Shown: piece after piece, positions 46,028 through 54,894 of the stretch | Layout of the letters: the number at the start of each line of letters is the position of its first letter | Position numbering within the stretch: position 1 is the stretch's first letter | Sequence record: MK568540.2 | Reading direction: 5' to 3' (one strand) | DNA length: 64,000 nt | Translations under genes and position numbers: made by a program | The notes under the pieces: model-generated | The model's input: only the letters and a program-made list of their open reading frames with translations | The model's database searches: none | What the model was told of the DNA's origin: nothing

Positions 46028-46240
46028 TCAAGCCTTATAGTAGTTTTCTACTAGTTGCAGAGTGATTTTGCATTCTATGTATTCAGTGCCGTTTTGAGTT
46101 TCTTCAGCGATAGTGACATAGAATATTTGTTTGTCTTCATCGTACTCGATGTCATCAATGAATTCATATGATTTGAGTTGGCATAACTCAGTGACTATGT
46201 TCATGATGCGACGATGTTCGATGATAATGTCATGTATCAT
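46028..46240 (-). CDS. hypothetical acidic protein
   Basis: start probably MNIVTE. Confidence 0.55.
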   Translation of the reverse strand: MIHDIIIEHRRIMNIVTELCQLKSYEFIDDIEYDEDKQIFYVTIAEETQNGTEYIECKITLQLVENYYKA

Positions 46241-46452
46241 TTGTTATTATGCATCCATTTTTCGAGCGCGACTGTAGTTACAATGACTTCTTGTACTGTT
46301 TCACCATCGAAGTATTGCACTTCCCATAGTTGTTCGTCATCGAAGTAATCTGCATATTCGATATGACCTTTGCCGTTGAACTCATCGTCGAGCATAGCAA
46401 TAAGTGCATCTTGAATTTCAGCGTGTTGTGACATTACATTTGATACGTTCAT
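46237..46452 (-). CDS. hypothetical acidic protein
   Basis: 71 aa. Confidence 0.6.
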   Translation of the reverse strand: MNVSNVMSQHAEIQDALIAMLDDEFNGKGHIEYADYFDDEQLWEVQYFDGETVQEVIVTTVALEKWMHNNK

Positions 46453-46646
46453 AGTTTCTTTTCCAATGGTTGTAGTTCAATTACACGAAAGCCTTGCTTA
46501 TCGAAATCATATTTGTACAGCACACGATTTGCATCTTCGATTTCAGAAAAGATTGCCATGACTTTTATCTCATTGTCAATGTCTAGCACAAGTAGATATC
46601 TGCCTTCTCGGTCTATAATGCCGTAATTTCTCATTTGCGTCTCCAT
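46449..46646 (-). CDS. hypothetical protein
   Basis: ~61 aa. Confidence 0.55.
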   Translation of the reverse strand: METQMRNYGIIDREGRYLLVLDIDNEIKVMAIFSEIEDANRVLYKYDFDKQGFRVIELQPLEKKL

Positions 46647-47257
46647 TCATCACGAACAGTATTGGTTAGTTGTAGATAGAAAGTATCAAGACCTTCGAAG
46701 GATCTAGCATACGTTGGTGAGTCATCAATCATGATATTGATTTGATTCTCACGGCAGTATTCAGCTTTCTTGTTGTTCCAGATTTCGTCATCGACCCATG
46801 GGCGACCTTTCTCGTCGTATTTGATTTCAACGCCATCGTCTTCACATGATTGATGAATGCTAAACCAGTGATCATATTCTAAGTCATCTGGTACATCAGT
46901 ATCGAGTTCTTCTTTAATGCCAGTGATGATATGCACTTCAACTGGTAGTTTGCTTAACAGCGCGAAGAACTCTGGTGATTGATCAATTACGCCATGAATA
47001 TCGATGCCGACTTTGATAACGCCAGTTTCGATAGCGTTCATGCCACGAGTATCAGACAACTCAACAATCTTATCGGTGATTCGCTCATCGAGGTCTTGAA
47101 CTTCAACCATGATGGTAGTGATGTAGGCATCATTGCCGCCATCTAGTGCATAGTCTTGACAGCGCATGAGATACTTTCTAGCGTTGCGCAATTGTTCAAT
47201 CGTCGTGCATGATTCAACGACTTTTTGCATTTTTCTTACTAAATCGTATGGGTTCAT
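46631..47257 (-). CDS. HAD-superfamily phosphatase-like protein with N-terminal extension
   Basis: VGIDIHGVID motif I, IITG, K..YC...I..MIDD. Confidence 0.7.
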   Translation of the reverse strand: MNPYDLVRKMQKVVESCTTIEQLRNARKYLMRCQDYALDGGNDAYITTIMVEVQDLDERITDKIVELSDTRGMNAIETGVIKVGIDIHGVIDQSPEFFALLSKLPVEVHIITGIKEELDTDVPDDLEYDHWFSIHQSCEDDGVEIKYDEKGRPWVDDEIWNNKKAEYCRENQINIMIDDSPTYARSFEGLDTFYLQLTNTVRDEWRRK

Positions 47258-47258
47258 G

Positions 47259-47609
47259 TTAGCCTCTAAGTTTCTCGTTTAGCTTTTTGATTGTATGATC
47301 AACGTCATTGATTTGATGAGTAATGGTTGTCATTTGCTCGACCAATGCTTGTCGAAACATATTCAACGACTCGATGTTTGTTTGGTATTGTTTCTGCCAA
47401 TGTTCGATGAGTTCAGGGATTTCTTCTTCAGATACATCAATTTCATTGTACAGATGTTTGAAATTTAAAATCAATGCGTGGCACAATGGTGCACGGCTCG
47501 GATCTCTAGCCATGACGAACTGTTCTGAATCGAATGGGCTTTGCACAAACACATCGTGTTTTTCAATTGCTAGATCTTCTATTGATGTGTTGATTCGGTA
47601 TGCTTTCAT
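47259..47609 (-). CDS. hypothetical protein
   Basis: 116 aa, C-terminal coiled coil. Confidence 0.65.
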   Translation of the reverse strand: MKAYRINTSIEDLAIEKHDVFVQSPFDSEQFVMARDPSRAPLCHALILNFKHLYNEIDVSEEEIPELIEHWQKQYQTNIESLNMFRQALVEQMTTITHQINDVDHTIKKLNEKLRG

Positions 47610-47881
47610 ACGAAGTTCTCTAGTGAATTGCCGTTTGGTAGTCGTTGATATAGCTTACGACCAGTTTCAGTTTGACCGATTGCTTTCCAATTACTAGACT
47701 CATCAAGCGCACGAGCGATTTCACGACGTAATGTGCTGTTCTTCATTGTGCCGTCATTGCGTTGATTACACGCACGAGCAGCAGGGAACTTTTCAAGCAT
47801 ATCGTCCATTAAATCGTATGCAGTTGCGTAACGACTTGTATTGTTTTTAACTTCATTTCGAATGAGTAGTTTAATATTCAT
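47606..47881 (-). CDS. hypothetical, possibly winged-helix-like protein
   Basis: 91 aa, GAGG SD. Confidence 0.6.
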   Translation of the reverse strand: MNIKLLIRNEVKNNTSRYATAYDLMDDMLEKFPAARACNQRNDGTMKNSTLRREIARALDESSNWKAIGQTETGRKLYQRLPNGNSLENFV

Positions 47882-47917
47882 GTTAATTTCCTCAAAGGGG
47901 CATTACTGCCCCGTTAG

Positions 47918-48943
47918 TTAGATGCCAGTGAAGTACTGAATGATTTGATAATGATCGTCATACAAACGTTCTTGCATTTCCATTACTTCGCTCAACGAAT
48001 ACCATTTTGCAGACACAGCATCATCGGCTGGTTTCACTTTCGGGAAAGTGTTGTCAGGGTTTGGCTGCACTTTGAAGTGATATGCCATTGTGATACGAGT
48101 GTGTGGGTAAGAGCGATTGGGGTTATCGAACATCTTCTCACCTTTGAGAGAGCCACGCAAGACTTTCTCTGGGATTTTGATGTTAGTTTCTTCTTGCAGT
48201 TCACGAATCGCAGCAGTCAAGAATGTTTCTTTCTCATGCTTATGACCGCCAGGTAATGCTAAACAGCCTTTGCCTGGGTTGAACTTACGCTCAACAAGAA
48301 GAACATGACCTGCACACATCACAACGCTGTCAGCACACGCGATATTCAAGTGACCTTGGTAGGGATAGTCTTTAAACTTCTCGATTTCGCGCACTGAGCT
48401 ATCGTATTCAGCTTTCATTTCAGTGAAATGCTCTGTTTTGCTCCAATCGTCAAGAAACATCATTGTTTGCTTGGGAATCAGACCAGACATAACAGGGTGG
48501 TTCAGTAGAATCTCGCTGAAGTACAGTTCTCTGAAGTCAGTTGCAGAGATAACTCTGTTATACATCTTCACTGGTTCAGGTTGAAATAGTTTTAGCTCAG
48601 GGAATAGCTTGAGATAGTAGCTGCTTTCGTCTTTGTCGTAACCAACGATGTGAGTGGCACCTTTTGTATGAGAACGAACATTTGACTGCCAAACGTCGTC
48701 TTTCGCGTAATCACCTAGTGGTACAAAGCGAACTTTGCTTCGAATATCGTCAGGTAGAGCAATACCCATCATATCACGTACTTCTTCGAACGTGAAGGGG
48801 TTTTTAACTGAGCGATGTCGATTAGAGCTACCGATTAAGATAGTCATCTTGTCTAGATTAAGCGATTCGAACGCTTGGGTGATTGCAGATAGATGACCGT
48901 TGTGGAATGGACGAAAGCGTCCGATAAAGATTGCGTGTGACAT
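47918..48943 (-). CDS. natV: bifunctional NMN adenylyltransferase / Nudix hydrolase (NadM-Nudix)
   Basis: GRF.PFHNGH, NPF...E, SATDFR; Nudix box LPGG....ET...AA.REL.EET; DDA..A.W, DH. Confidence 0.93.
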   Translation of the reverse strand: MSHAIFIGRFRPFHNGHLSAITQAFESLNLDKMTILIGSSNRHRSVKNPFTFEEVRDMMGIALPDDIRSKVRFVPLGDYAKDDVWQSNVRSHTKGATHIVGYDKDESSYYLKLFPELKLFQPEPVKMYNRVISATDFRELYFSEILLNHPVMSGLIPKQTMMFLDDWSKTEHFTEMKAEYDSSVREIEKFKDYPYQGHLNIACADSVVMCAGHVLLVERKFNPGKGCLALPGGHKHEKETFLTAAIRELQEETNIKIPEKVLRGSLKGEKMFDNPNRSYPHTRITMAYHFKVQPNPDNTFPKVKPADDAVSAKWYSLSEVMEMQERLYDDHYQIIQYFTGI

Positions 48944-49012
48944 ATTGGGCTCCCCATTTTGTCATTGATTGAGATTAGATTATTACATCTATTGTTGTTT
49001 GTGTCAAATACT

Positions 49013-49573
49013 TTAAAACTCTTGACCTGCATCAGAACAAATTGCGTTATTAAGTATTGCAGCAGCTTTTGCGACTACTCGATCCGTCATACCGATCTCT
49101 GGGTCGCAGTTTACATAGTTATGACGTTGCCATAACAACATATCAGTGTCATCATCTAAGATGACATAGCTTCGAAAGTCGTATCGCTTACCAAGCAACT
49201 CTTCATTGTCTTGAATCCATTTAAGAATCTCATTACCACGAAAAGCCCATGAGTATTGATGGTCGAGCATATCTGTTTTGCCGATACATTCACCATTAAC
49301 ACCCATATCATTAAGCACTGTATTGATCTCATCGATACTAAGACCACAACGCCACACACTTGTAAGCACAATGCGTGCGTCAGTTCTTTTAATGAGATCA
49401 TTTAAACGGTCGACGCATCGAGGCGAATAAATCCCTTGATACTCGCCATTCAATAGCACGTCCATGTGCTCATCGACTTCTAAAGCGTTGTTTAGAACGC
49501 CGTCTATGTCCAAGAATATAACTTTCATTTTGTTACCACTTGCATAATTCACCGAGTGCGTCATATGCATCAT
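49013..49573 (-). CDS. HAD-family (Swiss-army-knife RNA repair-like) protein
   Basis: VIFLDIDGVLN, IVLTS.WR, RG.EI..W, YVILDD; start probably MKVIFL (~49528). Confidence 0.8.
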   Translation of the reverse strand: MMHMTHSVNYASGNKMKVIFLDIDGVLNNALEVDEHMDVLLNGEYQGIYSPRCVDRLNDLIKRTDARIVLTSVWRCGLSIDEINTVLNDMGVNGECIGKTDMLDHQYSWAFRGNEILKWIQDNEELLGKRYDFRSYVILDDDTDMLLWQRHNYVNCDPEIGMTDRVVAKAAAILNNAICSDAGQEF

Positions 49574-49994
49574 TCATGCCGTGTAGACTAAAATGATACG
49601 AGTATGACACACCGTGCCCGTTGTTTACAACATATTCGAGCATATTTCCTGTTTTGAGCGTATCGATAACATCATCACTATTACCAAGATAAGTCGTGAC
49701 AGATGATTGTTGTTGTAACTGATTACTCTCGACTCGCACGTATGGGTTCCCATCTAGTGAATACCAGATTTCGTCCGGTTTTGCAGCGGTCAGGTATGCT
49801 CTCGTTTCATACAACGTGATTGCTTTATCACAGTCAATTGTGAGCACAGCAAGACGATTGACTGAGTTCGTGCTTGCAGTGTGTATTGGCTCATGTGTGC
49901 GAACATCAACACGATGAACAGTCATCCAATCATCGTGTACGTGTGCGTTCGCAATCAATGGCATTATTGCCAAGCTTAACAATGCGAACTTCAT
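49533..49994 (-). CDS. secreted/periplasmic protein
   Basis: signal peptide ANA; W...D...A....L.I.C and FSL.G...A..L...C pattern. Confidence 0.6.
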   Translation of the reverse strand: MKFALLSLAIMPLIANAHVHDDWMTVHRVDVRTHEPIHTASTNSVNRLAVLTIDCDKAITLYETRAYLTAAKPDEIWYSLDGNPYVRVESNQLQQQSSVTTYLGNSDDVIDTLKTGNMLEYVVNNGHGVSYSYHFSLHGMNDAYDALGELCKW

Positions 49995-50045
49995 ATTGTG
50001 CTTCCTTGTGCTTGTTGCACACGTGCAAATATGGCGCTGTTAGTT

Positions 50046-50807
50046 TTACACTGTATGCATACCACTGCGTCGCAATGAAGACAGTTCATGGGAGCGCAGT
50101 GAGCCACTTTTCTTGAGCTTTGTCTCTTTAGGCTGAACGATTTTCTTTGCTTCTTCAGTGATGATTTCGACTAATTCAATATCGGTATAATGAGTATCGA
50201 GTAGTCGACCTTCTTTACTCACTGGTTGAATACCAACCGAGATTGTCCCGTTTGCTTGATTGAAAATGGCAGTGACTAAGCCAGTTGCGCCAGTTGCCAT
50301 GCATCGAGCTTTTTGCAGCAATTCCACTTTAAGCTCATCACGCTCACGCTTTTGACGATTGTTGATGATCTTATCGTGAATCGAGTGACCTGTTTGCTTA
50401 CAGCTAATGACCCGCGCAGATGCATAAATATTCGTTTCATGCTCTGCGTATGGCTTGATCAAAAGCACGTTAGGTGCTGCGTTCACTGAGTATTGAATTT
50501 CAGTTACGATACCTTTCGCTTCTGAAACTGTGTCTTCAACTTCATCACCAAGACGAATTGGCATTGTAGTATTTGTCTCTGCGAAGATAGCTTCATACTC
50601 TTCAACTCGATTAGAATTGACGATTTCGACTAATTTCGAGCTAAAAACATGAGTTTTCACTTCATTTTTAGCGTCTTTTGCTCGAACTTCAAGCAATTCA
50701 CACCCTGCGATGCACTGTGTGATACCGATTACCGTACCTTCGATGCCAGTTGTGATTGATTTAACAAGCATGCCGAAGCGATGCCCAGATGTAGTTGCAA
50801 TACTCAT
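50046..50807 (-). CDS. protein with three tandem SH3-like repeats
   Basis: G..V....TG..G.V..I repeated three times. Confidence 0.65.
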   Translation of the reverse strand: MSIATTSGHRFGMLVKSITTGIEGTVIGITQCIAGCELLEVRAKDAKNEVKTHVFSSKLVEIVNSNRVEEYEAIFAETNTTMPIRLGDEVEDTVSEAKGIVTEIQYSVNAAPNVLLIKPYAEHETNIYASARVISCKQTGHSIHDKIINNRQKRERDELKVELLQKARCMATGATGLVTAIFNQANGTISVGIQPVSKEGRLLDTHYTDIELVEIITEEAKKIVQPKETKLKKSGSLRSHELSSLRRSGMHTV

Positions 50808-50871
50808 AATATATCACTCTTATTTATTGGAATTTAACACATTATTCACATGATTTCATATGAATTTGCTA

Positions 50872-51051
50872 TTAATCTCGCTTTTGTTTCAAATTGTAGA
50901 TTGTTTTACCGTCTACGTTTGCTAATGCTTCTGCATATGCAGTACGAGCCACAGACTTACAATCGTTGAACATTCTACCAGACGGCGTGCATAACCATGC
51001 ACGCGCTCTGTCTAAGTATTCTTGAACTTCTTCAGCAGTTGCTAAGATCAT
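50872..51051 (-). CDS. 59-aa microprotein (not in ORF track)
   Basis: MILATAEEVQEYL...; ATGA overlap. Confidence 0.55.
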   Translation of the reverse strand: MILATAEEVQEYLDRARAWLCTPSGRMFNDCKSVARTAYAEALANVDGKTIYNLKQKRD

Positions 51052-51371
51052 AGAGCCAATTCCTCTAGTTCTTCAGCAGAACCTGCGCCAACGTCCATGA
51101 CTTTCTCTAATGCAATCCAACGAGTGCCATTGTAGTATTGACAGTTATTGTTCCACATGTTGTGACGCCACAAATCCCATGGTACAGATTGATCGATTAC
51201 AGCAGTCCATGTACACGATGCAATTGCAGGTACACGAGTATAACTGACATAACCAAGTGCTAATACAGCTACAAGAACAGCAGCAGTGATACGAGGGTGT
51301 GATTTAGCTTCTTGAGCGAGAATCACAGTGTTGTCAAGCCAGTTAGGCATTTTCGGCATTTTGAATTTCAT
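51048..51371 (-). CDS. membrane-anchored protein
   Basis: 107 aa, one TM, C-x-W...C. Confidence 0.7.
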   Translation of the reverse strand: MKFKMPKMPNWLDNTVILAQEAKSHPRITAAVLVAVLALGYVSYTRVPAIASCTWTAVIDQSVPWDLWRHNMWNNNCQYYNGTRWIALEKVMDVGAGSAEELEELAL

Positions 51372-51397
51372 GATTTTGTTCTCTTGTTTCGTTAGGC

Positions 51398-51436
51398 GTT
51401 GAGTGACATATTACTGCCACTCACACGTTTTGTCAA
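51398..51436 (-). promoter_or_regulatory. sigma70 promoter with inverted repeat around -10 (copy of 1916..1954)
   Basis: TTGACA(51431-36)-17-TAATAT(51408-13); TGAGTG/CACTCA arms. Confidence 0.75.
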
Positions 51437-51449
51437 CTACTTTTTGAAA

Positions 51450-52715
51450 TTAATTGTACAATGCCCAATCTGTTGGTCGAGTTAGTGCAACATAAGCAAG
51501 TTGCTGAACAATCTCTGGCTCGGCGTATCCCATGTCTTGAGTGTAGATACACACACCTTTAACAGTCGTACCTTGTGACTTGTGAGTTGTTGATGCACCA
51601 AGAGACTTAGTTTCAATCATCTGCTCTTTCAAGCCCCAGAAAGCACGCCAGTAGCGTTTAGTATTACCACGCATCGACTTGTAAGTACCAGCAGCAACCA
51701 TCAAGTAACGCGCAAAGCGTTCTTTCTGTAGGTCATCCCACAGAACAGTGAACTCATACACATTACCATCGTCTTTCTCAACAGTTAGCACAGCAACATC
51801 AAACGATTCGTTGTCTACTTTTGGTAACATACCATCGATTGTTTTCTGACGAACATCAAGAATCTTAACGATTTCACCATTGTCAATGACACAAACAGGG
51901 TACTTCCCGTTTGACTGCATAACTGGCATTTGTGTTACAAGATACTCATTCGGGATAAATGGTTCGCTCGTGTTGTAAATGTGCTCACGAATAATACCAT
52001 TGAACGTATCAACACAATCGTTTGTGTAAGCAAGAATACGATAGTCAAGCAAGTCTTCAGGTGTGTTGATTTTACTCAAGTAAGTGTCTAGCATTTTATT
52101 CACGTTCGGAACGTGCAAAACGCCTTGACGCAGCTCTTTTGACCAGTTAGTGCGTAGCCATTCACCTTGACGTACTTCAGTTGCGACTTGAATCAACGGG
52201 TTGTCTTTTGCTTGTCGTACAACTTCAGTCATTTCATAAGTGTTGAACTTAGTGAACATCGGTGAGATAATACCAGGCTCATGTTTCACTGGTTGAAGCT
52301 GATACTTATCACCAACACCTAGAATGCGACACTTGCGTGGCATTGTTTTACCCATGATGTCGTATAGCTCATTGTCGATCATACTTGCTTCTTCGACCAC
52401 AAGCACATCAATTTCGTCTAGACCTTCAACATCACCAGCTTGCTTGAAGTGCTTCTGATCTTCATACGTGTCTGGGTGAATTTTCAGTAGACTGTGAATC
52501 GTTGATACATCACGACCTGTCATTTTGTGTAGCACGTTCTTTGCTTGGTGAGTTGGTGCTACCATTGCTACGTTCTTGCCTTTTGCGTCAAGTGCCGCGA
52601 GTATAGACTTCATTAAGAATGTCTTACCAGAACCCGCGGGACCAGAAATAGTCATATGCCCATCAGAGTCGAGAAACGCATTCATTGCACCTTGTTGGCA
52701 ATTAGTTAAACCCAC
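51450..52715 (-). CDS. dda: Dda-like SF1B DNA helicase
   Basis: GPAGSGKT, APTHQA, TIHS, VEEASM, GDKYQL.PV, EVVRQ, TTHKSQG.T, AYVALTR; start refined to GTG 52715 after GAGGA. Confidence 0.92.
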   Translation of the reverse strand: MGLTNCQQGAMNAFLDSDGHMTISGPAGSGKTFLMKSILAALDAKGKNVAMVAPTHQAKNVLHKMTGRDVSTIHSLLKIHPDTYEDQKHFKQAGDVEGLDEIDVLVVEEASMIDNELYDIMGKTMPRKCRILGVGDKYQLQPVKHEPGIISPMFTKFNTYEMTEVVRQAKDNPLIQVATEVRQGEWLRTNWSKELRQGVLHVPNVNKMLDTYLSKINTPEDLLDYRILAYTNDCVDTFNGIIREHIYNTSEPFIPNEYLVTQMPVMQSNGKYPVCVIDNGEIVKILDVRQKTIDGMLPKVDNESFDVAVLTVEKDDGNVYEFTVLWDDLQKERFARYLMVAAGTYKSMRGNTKRYWRAFWGLKEQMIETKSLGASTTHKSQGTTVKGVCIYTQDMGYAEPEIVQQLAYVALTRPTDWALYN

Positions 52716-52725
52716 TATCTTTTCC

Positions 52726-53100
52726 TCATCTATATTTCCAATTGATCGTATGCACTTTGATTGAACGCTCTCGACAAATGTCAATCATGTTCTGAGTGCC
52801 GCGACCGCCTTTGAATGCCAAACATATGTCTGGCTTGAGATCAGCCATGTCGGAGTTGCGTTTAAAACCCGCAGAATCGCCATATTTGTCCCACTCAGCT
52901 TCGCACGTGATTAAATCAACATCGATGTGCGCTTGATTCGCCCAATCTTGCGCAAGTCGATCAGCACCAAGTGCGCCGCCTTCTATAATAGTCATTCGCC
53001 CTATATAGAAGCTATTGTATAGCTTATCTAACGCAGCATAAACAAGTTTTCTATCCCTGAACTTACGACCACCACAGACGAGTACTCTCGGTGACATCAT
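52726..53100 (-). CDS. SLOG (YspA/DUF2493-like) protein
   Basis: VLVCGGR, IIEGGA.GAD, G..RN..M, AF.GG.GT..M. Confidence 0.85.
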   Translation of the reverse strand: MMSPRVLVCGGRKFRDRKLVYAALDKLYNSFYIGRMTIIEGGALGADRLAQDWANQAHIDVDLITCEAEWDKYGDSAGFKRNSDMADLKPDICLAFKGGRGTQNMIDICRERSIKVHTINWKYR

Positions 53101-53552
53101 TGGTCAATTAACCAACCATATAGACAGAACTCAAGTAATTGATGAGGCATGAGCGATGTGCTATCACCAAAATGTCCGTCGAAATGAAACTCAAGTTCTT
53201 TACCAGTCTCTTGGTTGAATATGTTTGTTGTGGTATCATGAACCCCACCGCAGCATTCACAATGCCAGTGATGTTCTTCTTGAGTCACATCGACGTGAGG
53301 GAATAGGTCTGTGATTAACTCGAACTCGTCTGGTTCTAGTTCGCGTGTTTTAAGCAGTGTTTCGATTATATTACGAGCGTCGTATTTTTCGCGTACGACA
53401 GTGCAGCCAATTGAAGGGATTTCAACCATAGCTGTCTTGTACATTTCACAGTTGTAGTTTTGATCGATGTATGATTCCCATGTTGCAGATAGCAAAAGGT
53501 CATCATTGAACATGAATTGAAGGGAGTTTTGGTCTTGAATTAGTGTAATCAT
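53097..53552 (-). CDS. hypothetical protein
   Basis: 151 aa; HCECCG, DGHFG. Confidence 0.7.
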   Translation of the reverse strand: MITLIQDQNSLQFMFNDDLLLSATWESYIDQNYNCEMYKTAMVEIPSIGCTVVREKYDARNIIETLLKTRELEPDEFELITDLFPHVDVTQEEHHWHCECCGGVHDTTTNIFNQETGKELEFHFDGHFGDSTSLMPHQLLEFCLYGWLIDQ

Positions 53553-53564
53553 ATATTTCTCTCA

Positions 53565-53590
53565 ATAAAAAAGCGCCCGTAGGCGCTTTG
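53565..53590 (-). terminator. intrinsic terminator
   Basis: aaaaaagcgcc-cgta-ggcgcttt. Confidence 0.7.
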
Positions 53591-53594
53591 TGTT

Positions 53595-53846
53595 TTACGG
53601 TAAACGTAAGTCTTTTGCAGTGATGTAGATGTCTGTGTCAGGGTCGTAGTACATACCCTCACGTGCATCGTAGTAATAAACTTTACCATTCAGGTCAGTA
53701 TATGGACCCTCTAGACCTGAATTAGACAAGTCTGGGTAACGGCTATCATCTACTTTACGATGTTTGACAACACGCTCGTGAAACTCTTGTTCAGTTTCTT
53801 GCAGTTTGACTTCACCTTTTTTGAAAAAATCGTTAAAACCTTTCAT
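53595..53846 (-). CDS. late small protein, possible internal head protein
   Basis: MKGFNDFF N-terminus; GLEGP...YYD..EG.YYDP.TD.Y domain; TATAAATA upstream; start refined. Confidence 0.65.
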   Translation of the reverse strand: MKGFNDFFKKGEVKLQETEQEFHERVVKHRKVDDSRYPDLSNSGLEGPYTDLNGKVYYYDAREGMYYDPDTDIYITAKDLRLP

Positions 53847-53871
53847 GTTAAACCTCTTTATTTGTTTAACG

Positions 53872-53879
53872 TATTTATA
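53872..53879 (-). promoter_or_regulatory. T4-type late promoter
   Basis: exact TATAAATA 26 bp upstream of 53846. Confidence 0.75.
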
Positions 53880-53880
53880 A

Positions 53881-54894
53881 TCAATTGTAACTATATACTG
53901 AAGGGAAGTAGAATTCGTCAAGCCAGTCATCATACCACTCGTAGAAATCATTAACCAATTCAGGTGTGTGATTCGGAAGTGACGTTGTATCTTTTGCATT
54001 TTCTAGCACTTCAAGACGTTCTTGCAGCACTTCAGACACATATTCCCACTTGTACTTACCTTGTTTCACGTCACGATAGAACGCTGCGTTCTTCAAAGGG
54101 AATTCCAACTTACCTACTGTTAGTATATCGATTGCTTGATCGATTACACGCATGGCATGTGATATCGCTTTCCAATCTGAACCACTTGCAGCACGCGCTT
54201 GATATGCACGAGCACCATATTTGCTCATCATCTTCTCAAGACGACCCGCAGCTTCTTCAAACGTTATCTCAAGACCGAATACTTTCTCAAGCACACTGAA
54301 TGCAGGGTCTTTCAAATCGCTCGCGTCTTTAGTTTTAGGCCCATGATACCACTGAAAACGCACGTGAGCGTCTTCTGCACACAGTTCCCATAGTTGTTTG
54401 CACAACTCAGGGCTTGAACCCAACTTCGCTTTAGAATCGACGTTGTGCGTCTCTACAGCACGGGCGAATTGCATAAGGCTGTTTAGTCGCGTACCTTTGA
54501 TGCCGTACTTCTGTGCTTGATTGAGCGCGTAACCAGTCATTGCTTTAACGTTTGATGTCAAATACGTACTTGTTAACTCACGACACATAGCAGAGAATGC
54601 AGGGTTGCAGTCATCTGGGTTCTGTAGTGCATTAAATGCCAATTCAATTGCATACGACTGACCTGCAAGAAAGTCACGCATGAACACTTGAACTGGTATA
54701 TATTCAAAGTCTTCATCGTCTGCACCGTTCTTCTCAAACGATTTGCCAGTCGTGTGTACTGAGTTCTTTATTGCAACACCGCGCAACAGTTTACGTATTT
54801 CAGGTTGAAAGACAGCTTTGTAGTCTGTATCTGACTCTGGCGTGTCTGTGCCATAGAGTTTCGAGCCGAATAGACTCGTGAATAGTACATTCAT
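53881..54894 (-). CDS. Pol-beta-superfamily nucleotidyltransferase (T4 NrdC.11-like)
   Basis: FGSKLYGT.TP.SD.D, WK..SHA.R motifs. Confidence 0.8.
   Translation of the reverse strand: MNVLFTSLFGSKLYGTDTPESDTDYKAVFQPEIRKLLRGVAIKNSVHTTGKSFEKNGADDEDFEYIPVQVFMRDFLAGQSYAIELAFNALQNPDDCNPAFSAMCRELTSTYLTSNVKAMTGYALNQAQKYGIKGTRLNSLMQFARAVETHNVDSKAKLGSSPELCKQLWELCAEDAHVRFQWYHGPKTKDASDLKDPAFSVLEKVFGLEITFEEAAGRLEKMMSKYGARAYQARAASGSDWKAISHAMRVIDQAIDILTVGKLEFPLKNAAFYRDVKQGKYKWEYVSEVLQERLEVLENAKDTTSLPNHTPELVNDFYEWYDDWLDEFYFPSVYSYN

Noticed and set aside
7743-50850. Isolated TTATTCACA matches (~7743 and 50842)
   Set aside because: Single 9-mer hits are expected by chance in AT-rich DNA and are not clustered.
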